From Candidatus Methylomirabilota bacterium (GTDB lineage Bacteria; Methylomirabilota; Methylomirabilia; Rokubacteriales; CSP1-6), in NCBI GenBank assembly GCA_046726415.1, contig JBKPAK010000035.1, positions 1 to 40,717 on the forward strand: DNA of 40,717 nucleotides, written 5' to 3'. How positions within the stretch are numbered: the stretch's first letter is position 1; the number at the start of each line of letters is the position of its first letter. The notes under the pieces were generated by a model. That model did not search any database, was not told where the DNA came from, and saw nothing but the letters and a program-made list of their open reading frames with translations. A program made the position numbers and the translations under genes. Shown here in pieces: positions 18,488 to 26,634 of the stretch.

Positions 18488-20757
18488 GCGCCCCCACGCG
18501 CGTGGTCGGCAAGCCGTTGCCGCGTTTCGACGCCCCCGGCAAGGTGACGGGGACGGCCCCTTATGCGGCGGACTTCACGTTGCCCGGCATGCTGTATGGA
18601 CGGATTGCCCGCAGCCAGGAGCCGCACGCTCGGCTCGTCCGTGTCGATGACGCGCGTGCGTTGACCGTCCCCGGAGTTCGGGCCGTCCTCACCGCCGCCC
18701 ACGTTCCTGACGTGCGTTACGGCGGCATGCTCAAGGACGAGACGGTGTTCGCCCGCGACAAGGTCCGCTACGTAGGACAGCCAGTCGCCGCCGTGGCCGC
18801 CACCACGCCGGAGGCGGCCGAGGCCGGGGTGCAGGCCATCGAAATGGAGTACGAGCCGCTCCCCGCGGTGCTTGACGTGGTCGCGGCCCTGGCGCCTGGT
18901 GCCCCGCTTCTGCACGAAGCGTGGCAGACGTACGCGGCCATTCCCATCCTCCATCGCGATGGGAACGTGTGCAATCGCGCTCGCATCACCATGGGCGACG
19001 TGGAGCGCGGATGGGCGGAGGCCGACCGCATCTTCGAACATCGCTTCACCACGTCGGTTGTCCACCAGGGCTACACCGAGCCGCGGGCGGCAGTGGCCTC
19101 GTGGGACAGCTCGGGCCAGGTGACCGTGTGGTCGAATACCCAGCTGCCCTTCGACGTCCAGAACACGCTGGCGGAGATTCTCGGCGTGGCGCCATCGAAG
19201 GTCCGCGTGATCGTCCCGGGGATCGGGGGGGCCTTCGGCGGCAAGCTCCGGGTGGGCGTGGAACACTTCGCCGCACTCCTCGCGCGCCGATGCGGCCGGC
19301 CGGTCAAAGTGATGACCACCAGCGAGGAAGAGCTCACCGCGGCGTATCCGCGTCAGGGGACGATCGTCGAACTGAAGACGGGCGCGACCCGCGACGGTCG
19401 CATCACCGCCAAGGAAGGTCGGATCTACTTCGACACCGGGGCCTTCGCCGGCTCCGGCCCCGGCGTGGCCTCGGTGGCGACCCTGGTGCTCGCCGGGCCC
19501 TACCGCATCCCCAACCTGTTTCTCGAGGGCTACGCCGTCTACACCAACAAGACGAACTGTGGGTCCTTTCGGGCGCCGTCCGGTCCGCAGGCCAACTTCG
19601 CGGTCGAATCGCAGATGGACATGATCGCGGACGCGCTGGGCCTCGACCCGCTGGAGCTTCGCCTGCGCAACATCGTCCGCGAGGGCGATGAGGGGCCGAC
19701 CGGGCAGGTGCTCCACGCCGTCGGCCTGGAGGAATGCCTGCACCGCGCGGCCGCCGCCATTGACTGGGACAGGCGGCGGCCCGCGCCTGGGCGCGGCAAG
19801 GGGCTCGCGTGCGGGTGGTGGACGACCACCGGCGGCTCGTCGGGCGTGTACGTGAAGATCAACTCCGACGGCACGGTGGGACTCAACACCGGGGCGGCGG
19901 AGATCGGCACCGCCGCACTGACCGGCGCCGCCCAGGTGCTGGCCGAAGCACTCGGGGTTGACCTGGGGGACATCAGCGTCGTATCGGCCGACACGTTCGC
20001 CACGCCCTTCGACTTCGGCGCCCAGGGTAGCCGCACCGCGTTCGCGGTTGGCAATGCGTGCCGCGCGGCGGTGGCCGAGTTGAAGGTCGCGATCTTCGCT
20101 CAGGCCGCCCAGCAACTCGGTGTTCCCGTGGAGGCGCTGGAGCTACGCAACAAGCAGGTGGTGGCCGGGGGCGTGGGCATCTCGCTGGCTGAGCTCGCGC
20201 GGCAGTCGCAGCTTTCCGGCGGTGGCCTCATCGCCCGTGGGACCTTCGTGGCCCCCCCTACTCCACACGACGCCAAGCGCGTGGAGGGGCACGTGTATCC
20301 GGCCTTCCACTCGCCGAGCTTCCACGCGCATGCCGTGGACCTCTCCGTGGACGGGGACACCGGCGAGGTGACGATCCACAAGTACGTGGTCGCCCAGGAC
20401 GTCGGTTTTGCCATGAATCCGACGTACATCGAAGGGCAGATCGAGGGCGGCGTGGCCCAGGGGTTGGGGCAAGCGCTGTCGGAGGAAATCGTCTACCGCG
20501 ACGGTCGGGTGCTCAATGCGAATCTGACGGACTACAAGATGCCCACTGCGCTCGATGTCCCCCGCGTGGACTCCATCCTCGTTCAGCACCCGAGTCTGGT
20601 GGGGCCCCACGGGGCGAAAGGGGTGGGGGAGCCGCCGAACATCGAGCCGCCGGCTGCCGTGGCGAATGCCGTCGCCGCCGCCGTTGGCGTGCGCATTGTG
20701 AGCCTGCCCATCACCGCCGAGAAGATCGTGTTCGCCCTCGGCGCGGGATCATCCTGA
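18484..20757 (+). CDS. Xanthine dehydrogenase-family molybdopterin-binding (large) subunit
   Basis: ATGA overlap; KVTG..YAAD, IGGAFGGK, SFRAPSG, GQIEGG..QGLG, AKGVGEPP catalytic Glu. Confidence 0.95.
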   Translation: MSAPTRVVGKPLPRFDAPGKVTGTAPYAADFTLPGMLYGRIARSQEPHARLVRVDDARALTVPGVRAVLTAAHVPDVRYGGMLKDETVFARDKVRYVGQPVAAVAATTPEAAEAGVQAIEMEYEPLPAVLDVVAALAPGAPLLHEAWQTYAAIPILHRDGNVCNRARITMGDVERGWAEADRIFEHRFTTSVVHQGYTEPRAAVASWDSSGQVTVWSNTQLPFDVQNTLAEILGVAPSKVRVIVPGIGGAFGGKLRVGVEHFAALLARRCGRPVKVMTTSEEELTAAYPRQGTIVELKTGATRDGRITAKEGRIYFDTGAFAGSGPGVASVATLVLAGPYRIPNLFLEGYAVYTNKTNCGSFRAPSGPQANFAVESQMDMIADALGLDPLELRLRNIVREGDEGPTGQVLHAVGLEECLHRAAAAIDWDRRRPAPGRGKGLACGWWTTTGGSSGVYVKINSDGTVGLNTGAAEIGTAALTGAAQVLAEALGVDLGDISVVSADTFATPFDFGAQGSRTAFAVGNACRAAVAELKVAIFAQAAQQLGVPVEALELRNKQVVAGGVGISLAELARQSQLSGGGLIARGTFVAPPTPHDAKRVEGHVYPAFHSPSFHAHAVDLSVDGDTGEVTIHKYVVAQDVGFAMNPTYIEGQIEGGVAQGLGQALSEEIVYRDGRVLNANLTDYKMPTALDVPRVDSILVQHPSLVGPHGAKGVGEPPNIEPPAAVANAVAAAVGVRIVSLPITAEKIVFALGAGSS

Positions 20758-21791
20758 TGGCGCTCACCACTGGCCTGCTCATTCTCCCGACGCATTCCGC
20801 CGAGCGGCTGGGGGCCCTCGCGCAGAGCGCGGAGCGCCTCGGCTACGACTACCTCTGGCTGGCCGACGAGCGTTTCTTCCGCGAGGTCTACGCGTCCCTC
20901 ACCGTGTGCGCCCTTCGCACGGGGCGGATCGCCCTCGGCCCCTGCGTCACCGATCCGTACTCGCGCCATCCGGCGTTGACGGCCATGGCCATCGCCACGC
21001 TCGACGAGATTTCCGGTGGGCGGGCCGTGCTGGGTATGGGGGCCGGGGTGAGCGGATTTCGCGAACTGGGGATCCAACGCACCAGGTCGGGCGTTGCTAT
21101 GCGCGAGGCGGTGGAGCTTATTCGACGGCTCCTCACCGGCGAGAGCGTGACCTACACGGGATCGACGATGCGCTTTGACGGCGGCCGCCTCGACTTCAAG
21201 CCCGCGAGGGCCGACATCCCGGTGTTCATCGCGGCGCAGCAGCCGATGGGATGTCGGGTTGCCGGACGCTTGGCGGACGGCGCCATCATGCAAGGTTGCG
21301 TGGCGGAGCGACTCCTCACCTTCTTCCGGGACACGGTGGCGGTCGGCGCCCGCGAGGCCGGGCGTGATCCGCAGGCGGTCGATCTCGTGGCCCGCGTCAA
21401 CGTATGCATCCACGACGACCGCCATGTCGCGCGCGATGTCATGAAGCCGACGATCGTGCGGAGTCTGGCCGCGCAGCGGCCGGATTTCTTTACGTTCACG
21501 ACCGCCGGGCTCACTGTGCCTCCGGCCCTGGCCAAGCGCCTGGAGGGGCTCTCCTATACGCATGACCCGACGCCCTTGCGGGAGGCCGCCATCGAGGTCC
21601 CCGAGGACTTCGTGGACGCGGTGACTCTGGCCGGGGCGCCCGATGACGTGGCGGCGGGAGTCGTCCGCCTCGGCCGGAGCGGCATCGGGCAGTTCATGCT
21701 CTATCCCATGGCTCCCGATGGGCGGATCGAGACGACCGTCGAGCGCTTCCAGCGCGAGGTCATGCCAATCGTCCGGGCCGCCGGTCTCTGA
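20757..21791 (+). CDS. LLM-class flavin/F420-dependent oxidoreductase (Mer-like)
   Basis: TGATG coupling; AERLGYDYLWLADE, VTDPYSRHPA.TA.AIATLDEISGGRA.LG.GAG. Confidence 0.9.
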   Translation: MALTTGLLILPTHSAERLGALAQSAERLGYDYLWLADERFFREVYASLTVCALRTGRIALGPCVTDPYSRHPALTAMAIATLDEISGGRAVLGMGAGVSGFRELGIQRTRSGVAMREAVELIRRLLTGESVTYTGSTMRFDGGRLDFKPARADIPVFIAAQQPMGCRVAGRLADGAIMQGCVAERLLTFFRDTVAVGAREAGRDPQAVDLVARVNVCIHDDRHVARDVMKPTIVRSLAAQRPDFFTFTTAGLTVPPALAKRLEGLSYTHDPTPLREAAIEVPEDFVDAVTLAGAPDDVAAGVVRLGRSGIGQFMLYPMAPDGRIETTVERFQREVMPIVRAAGL

Positions 21792-21861
21792 GGCAATACT
21801 GCCCGACGGACGCCACCCGACCCAGGCCGAAGCACCATCGCCGAGCGCGAAGGAGGAAGGC

Positions 21862-22185
21862 ATGGCCACCGTTCGCTACGTCCTCGTCAAGCTGAAGCCC
21901 GGTGTCTCTCCAGACGAGTATGAGAAGTTCGAGCGGGAGGTCGACTACGCCATCGCCGGACGGCTCAAGACCATCGTGAGCTATCGCACTCACCGCATCA
22001 CCGAGACCGGGCCGCGGCTCGGGGGCGGGCCATGGGACTACATCGAGCGCATCGAGGTGACCGATCGCGCTGCCTACGAGAGGGAACTGGCCACGGAGGG
22101 CAAGGGGCTCATCGACGAGCTCTACACGAAGTACCTCGATCGCGCTTACACCACGTCCATCTGGTCGGAGTTGCTCGATCCGTGA
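21862..22185 (+). CDS. RedY/HapK-like (EthD-fold) small protein
   Basis: AAGGAGG RBS; KLKPGVSPDEYEKF.REVDY..PWDYIERIEV pattern. Confidence 0.7.
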   Translation: MATVRYVLVKLKPGVSPDEYEKFEREVDYAIAGRLKTIVSYRTHRITETGPRLGGGPWDYIERIEVTDRAAYERELATEGKGLIDELYTKYLDRAYTTSIWSELLDP

Positions 22186-23264
22186 AGCCCGTCGCGGCGG
22201 AGCAGATCGAATCACTCGCCATCGGGGCCTGGATTCTCGGCACTGGCGGCGGCGGCAGCCCGTATCAGGGCCTTCTCAACCTCCGCCGCCTCTACCGCGA
22301 CGGCGCCGTCGTGCGGCTGATGGATCCCGCCGACCTCGGCGATCACACGCCGGTGGCCGTCGTCTCGACCATGGGCGCGCCGCTGGTGATGCAGGAGCGG
22401 CTGGCCGACCCGCGTCTCATCGTGGCGGCCGTGCGGGCCATGGAGGAATATCGCGGGCGCCGCTTCGAGGCCGTGATGGCCGTGGAGATCGGAGGGAGTA
22501 ACGCGTTGCAGCCGTTCCTGGTGGGCGCGGTGACGGGGCTCCCCGTGGTCGACGCGGATGCCATGGGGCGAGCGTTCCCCGAGGCCCAGATGACGAGCTT
22601 CGCCATCCACGACTTGCCGATGGCGCCGCTGACCCTGGTGGACATTCGCGAGAACACCGTCATCGTGGCGCGAGCCGCGAGCTGGAAGTGGATGGAGCGC
22701 CTGAGCCGCACGGCCTGCGTGGAGGTCGGGTCCATCGCCGCGACCTGCAAGGCACCGCGCACGGGACGCGAGGTGAAGACGTGCGCCATCCTCCACACCG
22801 TCTCGAAGGCCATTCGGCTGGGCGAGACGGTGCAGGCGGCCCGGCGCGCGCATCGCCCGCCGGTACCGGCCGTGCTCGACGCCGAGGGTGGCCGGCGGCT
22901 GTTCATCGGAAAGGTCCGTGACATCAGCCGGCGGACGACGGCGGGCTTCCTCCGCGGCACGGCGAGCCTGGACGGCCTCGACGAGAATAAGGGAAGCGCC
23001 TTCGCGCTCGCCTTCCAGAACGAGTTCGCCGTGGGCTGGCTCGACGGCGAACCGGTAGTCATGACGCCCGACCTCATTTGCGTCATGGACAGCGTGTCGG
23101 GAGAAGCGATCGGCACGGAGACGCTTCGCTACGGGCAGCGCGTCACCGTGGTCGCCCTGCCCGCCCCGCCAATCTTGATGTCGCCCAAGGGGCTGGAGCA
23201 CGTCGGCCCCCGCGCCTTCGGCTACGACCTGGAGTTCACGTCGGTCTTCGCGGGGCGAGCATGA
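22182..23264 (+). CDS. DUF917 family protein
   Basis: GTGA overlap; GAWILGTGGGG, MGAP, EIGGSN, VDADAMGRAFPE.QM, FQNEF, PDLI, TETLRYGQRV. Confidence 0.9.
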   Translation: MKPVAAEQIESLAIGAWILGTGGGGSPYQGLLNLRRLYRDGAVVRLMDPADLGDHTPVAVVSTMGAPLVMQERLADPRLIVAAVRAMEEYRGRRFEAVMAVEIGGSNALQPFLVGAVTGLPVVDADAMGRAFPEAQMTSFAIHDLPMAPLTLVDIRENTVIVARAASWKWMERLSRTACVEVGSIAATCKAPRTGREVKTCAILHTVSKAIRLGETVQAARRAHRPPVPAVLDAEGGRRLFIGKVRDISRRTTAGFLRGTASLDGLDENKGSAFALAFQNEFAVGWLDGEPVVMTPDLICVMDSVSGEAIGTETLRYGQRVTVVALPAPPILMSPKGLEHVGPRAFGYDLEFTSVFAGRA

Positions 23265-24808
23265 GGCGGATCGGGATCGATGTCGGCGGGACCAACACCG
23301 ATGCCGTGCTGCTGGAGGGGAACAGCGTCGTCCACGCCGTGAAAACGCCCACCACCTCGGACGTCACGACGGGCATCACCCAGGCGCTGACCCTCCTCCT
23401 CCAGCAGACGGGACGAGGGCTCGCCGTCGACGCGGTGATGATCGGGACGACCCACTTCACCAATGCCGTGATCCAGCGCCGCGGTCTGACGCGGGTGGCG
23501 GCCATTCGCATCGGTCTGCCCGCCAGCGCTTCCCTGCCACCGTTTGTGGACTGGCCGGAGGACCTGGCCCGTCTGGTCTGCGGACAGGTTCACATGCTGG
23601 AGGGCGGGCACGAATACGACGGCCGTCCCATCGTGCCGTTCGACGTGGCGGGGATGCGCGAGGTCGCCGGCAAGATCCGCGACTCGGAGATCCGGTCGGC
23701 CGGGATCGCATCCGTCTTCTCGCCGTTGGACCGCTCGTGCGAGGAGCAGGCGGCGGCGATCCTCCGGGATGCCTGCCCGGACGTCCGCATCACGCTCTCC
23801 CACGAGCTTGGGCGTATCGGGCTGCTGGAGCGCGAGAACGTCACCCTCCTGAACGGGTGTCTGCGCGACCTGGCGCGGACGACCACCCGGGCCTTCGCCA
23901 ACGCCCTGGCCGCGAGCGGCATCGCCGCGCCGCTCTATCTGACCCAGAACGACGGCACGGTGATGCTGGCCACCGAGGCCGAGGCCTATCCCGTGTACAC
24001 CTTCGCCTCGGGCCCGACCAACAGTATGCGCGGCGCCGCCTTCCTGTCGAAGCGCGACGAGGCCATTGTGGTCGACGTGGGGGGCACGACGTCGGACATC
24101 GGCAGCCTGCAGCGCGGCTTCCCGCGCGAGGCTAACAATGTGGTGGACGTCGGCGGCGTCCGCACGCTGTTCCGCATGCCCGACTTGCTTTCGTTCGGTC
24201 TCGGCGGGGGCAGCCTGGTGCGCGACGAACCACTGGCCATCGGTCCCCTCAGCGTGGGCTACCAGCTTCCCGAGCGCAGCATGGTTTTCGGCGGCCGCGA
24301 GCTGACCGCCACGGATGTCGCGGTGGCCGCCGGCCTGGTCGACCTCGGCGATCGTCGCCGGGTTGCCTCGGTCTCAGCCGGCCTCGTTCGGCGGTGTCTC
24401 GCCAGGATCCACGCGATGATCGAGGAAGGCGTCGATCGCATGAAGAACGATGCGAGCGAGGTCCCGTTGGTGGCCGTGGGAGGGGGGTGCTTTCTGATCC
24501 CCGAGCGCATTGCCGGAGTGTCGGAGATCGTGCACGTGCCTCATCAGGCCGTGGCCAACGCGGTGGGGGCAGCCATCGCTCAGGTCAGTGGCGAGATCGA
24601 CCAGATCTTCCAGGGGTGGTCGCGGGACGAGGCCATTGCCGAGGCCCAACGCCTGGCGGAGGGGAAGGCCGTGCGCGCCGGCGCCGATCCGCGCACGCTC
24701 AACGTGGTCGAGGTAGAGGATCTGCCGATCGCCTACCTGCCCGGCAACTGCCTCCGCGTGCGCGTCCGCGTCGTCGGCGATATCGCTGGCGCGCCCACCC
24801 TCCGCTAA
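23261..24808 (+). CDS. Hydantoinase A/oxoprolinase family protein (DUF917-associated type)
   Basis: IGIDVGGTNTDAV, IGTTHFTNA, IGLLEREN, SGPTNSMRGAA, DVGGTTSDIG, VANAVGAA. Confidence 0.92.
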   Translation: MRRIGIDVGGTNTDAVLLEGNSVVHAVKTPTTSDVTTGITQALTLLLQQTGRGLAVDAVMIGTTHFTNAVIQRRGLTRVAAIRIGLPASASLPPFVDWPEDLARLVCGQVHMLEGGHEYDGRPIVPFDVAGMREVAGKIRDSEIRSAGIASVFSPLDRSCEEQAAAILRDACPDVRITLSHELGRIGLLERENVTLLNGCLRDLARTTTRAFANALAASGIAAPLYLTQNDGTVMLATEAEAYPVYTFASGPTNSMRGAAFLSKRDEAIVVDVGGTTSDIGSLQRGFPREANNVVDVGGVRTLFRMPDLLSFGLGGGSLVRDEPLAIGPLSVGYQLPERSMVFGGRELTATDVAVAAGLVDLGDRRRVASVSAGLVRRCLARIHAMIEEGVDRMKNDASEVPLVAVGGGCFLIPERIAGVSEIVHVPHQAVANAVGAAIAQVSGEIDQIFQGWSRDEAIAEAQRLAEGKAVRAGADPRTLNVVEVEDLPIAYLPGNCLRVRVRVVGDIAGAPTLR

Positions 24809-24840
24809 GGCCGTCCGCCGGTCGATCGATGTTTGAATCG

Positions 24841-25527
24841 CTAGGGGTATGGAAGTCGCTCGCCGGCTCCGTACCAGACGGGTTCGGCGCCTCGGCGGAA
24901 GACCTTCACCCGTCCGCGGCCGATCACGGTCGCCCGGCCGTCCTCGACGCGGACCATGGTCTGCTCCTCGATGCCGAAGACGGGGTTGCCGTTGACCGCG
25001 TGGTACTCCCGAATGCGGTCGTCGCGCGTCTCGCTGCCCGGGGCCATGGCGGGATCCGTCTCGGCGTAGTGAGGATTGATGTTGAAGGGAACGAGCCCGA
25101 GCGCCTCGAAGCGGTCGAGGGCCACCACGTTCCAGTCGTTCGTGGTGAGGATCGTCGGACCCGCCACGTTCGAGCCGGCGCTGCTTCCCAGGTAGGGCAC
25201 GCCATGGTGGACGCGTTCCTGGATCGCGCCGAGCAGGCGCGATTCGCGCAGCCGTTTCAGCAGGGCATAGGTGTTGCCACCACCCACGAAGATGGCCTCG
25301 ACGGATTCCAGCGCCTTGATCGGCTCCGACTTCCAGTACACGTGCGTCACCTCGAGGCCGATCGGCGCCAGCGCTTCGCGCACGCGGTCGCAGTACAGAC
25401 GCTCGTCGGCGAGGCTGCCGGCGCTGACGAAGCCCACACGGCGCCGCGGTTCGAGGAACGCGTCCATGGTGTCTCGACAGTGCTCGAGCAATGGGCGGCC
25501 GGAGTTGCTGATGAGGAGGGCGCGCAT
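24841..25527 (-). CDS. pepE: Dipeptidase E (peptidase S51)
   Basis: MRALLISNS, FVGGGNT, GSSAGSNV, TTND, FNINPHY, ETRDDRIREY. Confidence 0.92.
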   Translation of the reverse strand: MRALLISNSGRPLLEHCRDTMDAFLEPRRRVGFVSAGSLADERLYCDRVREALAPIGLEVTHVYWKSEPIKALESVEAIFVGGGNTYALLKRLRESRLLGAIQERVHHGVPYLGSSAGSNVAGPTILTTNDWNVVALDRFEALGLVPFNINPHYAETDPAMAPGSETRDDRIREYHAVNGNPVFGIEEQTMVRVEDGRATVIGRGRVKVFRRGAEPVWYGAGERLPYP

Positions 25528-26063
25528 CAGAGCACGTGCAGGAACGGTCGCGGGGCGAGCGCCTCCGCATTCCAGAAGCCGGTTTCGGCGAACCACGCCC
25601 GGGCCTGGGCGGCGTCCGCCGTCCGGACGAGGGCCAAGGTTCCACCATCCTCGAAGAAGCCGCCGAAGGCGATGCGGCCGGCGCCGCGCATCTCGATCAG
25701 AGCGAACTGGGCCATGGAAAGATCGGTGGTTGGCCCCTCGACGATCGTCACCCGGCGCGAGCCATCGAGCACAACGGGCGGCATCTCCCATGGTTCCACG
25801 AACTGGGCGAAGCTGCGCGGCGTGTACGCGGTCCACGCCCCACCCGTCCAGTACGGATCCTCTTCCATGGCGTTTTTGATTTGCCACGGCTGCTGGAGGC
25901 GATAGAAGAGGTCAGCGCTCCGGCCGTCCGGTGCTGGCCCGCCGCCGATCAGGATGCCGGCCATGCGCAGTCCCTGGAGCCGCTCGATGTGGGCGCGGCG
26001 GAGGGCCTCGCGGCGCGCGAGGTAGTCGTCTGCCGTGGTGACGGCGATGTGGTAGACGATCAC
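25527..26063 (-). CDS. YciI-family protein (tandem YciI-like domains)
   Basis: YLARREALRRAHIERL..IGGGPA..EEDPYW, then a second half with FGGFF..A.AWFAETGFW; TGATG coupling to pepE. Confidence 0.75.
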   Translation of the reverse strand: MIVYHIAVTTADDYLARREALRRAHIERLQGLRMAGILIGGGPAPDGRSADLFYRLQQPWQIKNAMEEDPYWTGGAWTAYTPRSFAQFVEPWEMPPVVLDGSRRVTIVEGPTTDLSMAQFALIEMRGAGRIAFGGFFEDGGTLALVRTADAAQARAWFAETGFWNAEALAPRPFLHVL

Positions 26064-26173
26064 CTTTCGACGGTTGCGACTAACTCCCGGTCACACCAGG
26101 GAGAAGACCGCAACCCCGCTCCGTTTCTGGCGGTTATGTGCGGACCGCCTTCTCTCACCCGCCCCTCATTCTA
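26064..26173 (-). promoter_or_regulatory. -10 element plus two-hairpin 5' leader of yciI-pepE
   Basis: TAGAAT at 26173-26168; hairpin GGCGGT-CCGCACATA-ACCGCC (26149-26129); hairpin GGTTGCG..CTCCC..GGGAG..CGCAACC (26115-26072). Confidence 0.5.
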
Positions 26174-26332
26174 TCGACCGATGACAGGTCTTGCGCGATT
26201 CTGCTCGCCTTGCTGCAACCGCTGATCCCCCGCACCAGTGGGAACAGAGACGTATACCACGTCCCCGAGCTTGCGCGGGTTTCAGGCGTCAGACCGGCGA
26301 GGCGAAGCGGCGCGAGAAGCATCGGTGTCGAA

Positions 26333-26411
26333 CCGGCGCCAGGCGATGACCGCAAAGGGGGAGGGAAAGCAACCACCCACCTGGCACCGGGGGGCTCACA
26401 CATCGAACCCC
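26333..26411 (-). ncRNA. Candidate structured RNA: 7-bp hairpin followed by a 21-bp stem with a UUUCCCUCCCCCUUU loop
   Basis: The long stem closes on the minus strand with six G-U pairs and one bulge; those pairs would be A-C mismatches on the plus strand. Confidence 0.5.
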
Positions 26412-26634
26412 CAGCACACGACGGCCCTTGCCGCCGCCTCTGCGGGCTCTGCGAGATTCGACGAAGGGGCGGCACTCTCTATTCGCTCGCGGAGGTCGAA
26501 TCGGCGTTCGCTCCACGTAAGTCAGCGCCGCGATTGGCACTCGCTATGACGGCGATGTGCTCGACGATCACGCGGTGCCGTTCGGAGTCAGAGTGTAGGG
26601 GGCAGAATACCACCGCCGTGCTACTGTGATCCCT

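Larger units (their letters stand above)
26039..26571. repeat. 25-bp direct repeat pair (26039-26063 and 26547-26571) duplicating the yciI start
   Basis: tgacggcgatgtggtagacgatcac versus tgacggcgatgtgctcgacgatcac, 23/25 identical. Confidence 0.85.

Noticed and set aside
18484-20757. Aerobic CO dehydrogenase (coxMSL gene order)
   Set aside because: The active-site loop reads CGSFRAPSG, not AYxCSFR (form I) or AYxGAGR (form II), so it is a generic molybdenum hydroxylase.
26534-26550. Sigma54 promoter (TTGGCAC)
   Set aside because: The -12 position reads ATGA rather than TTGC; the GG-N10-GC spacing is not met.
26138-26629. ORF-track ORFs in the yciI-helY intergenic region (163, 106, 103 and 83 aa)
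   Set aside because: No RBS, atypical codon usage and no motifs; the region is better explained as structured non-coding sequence.
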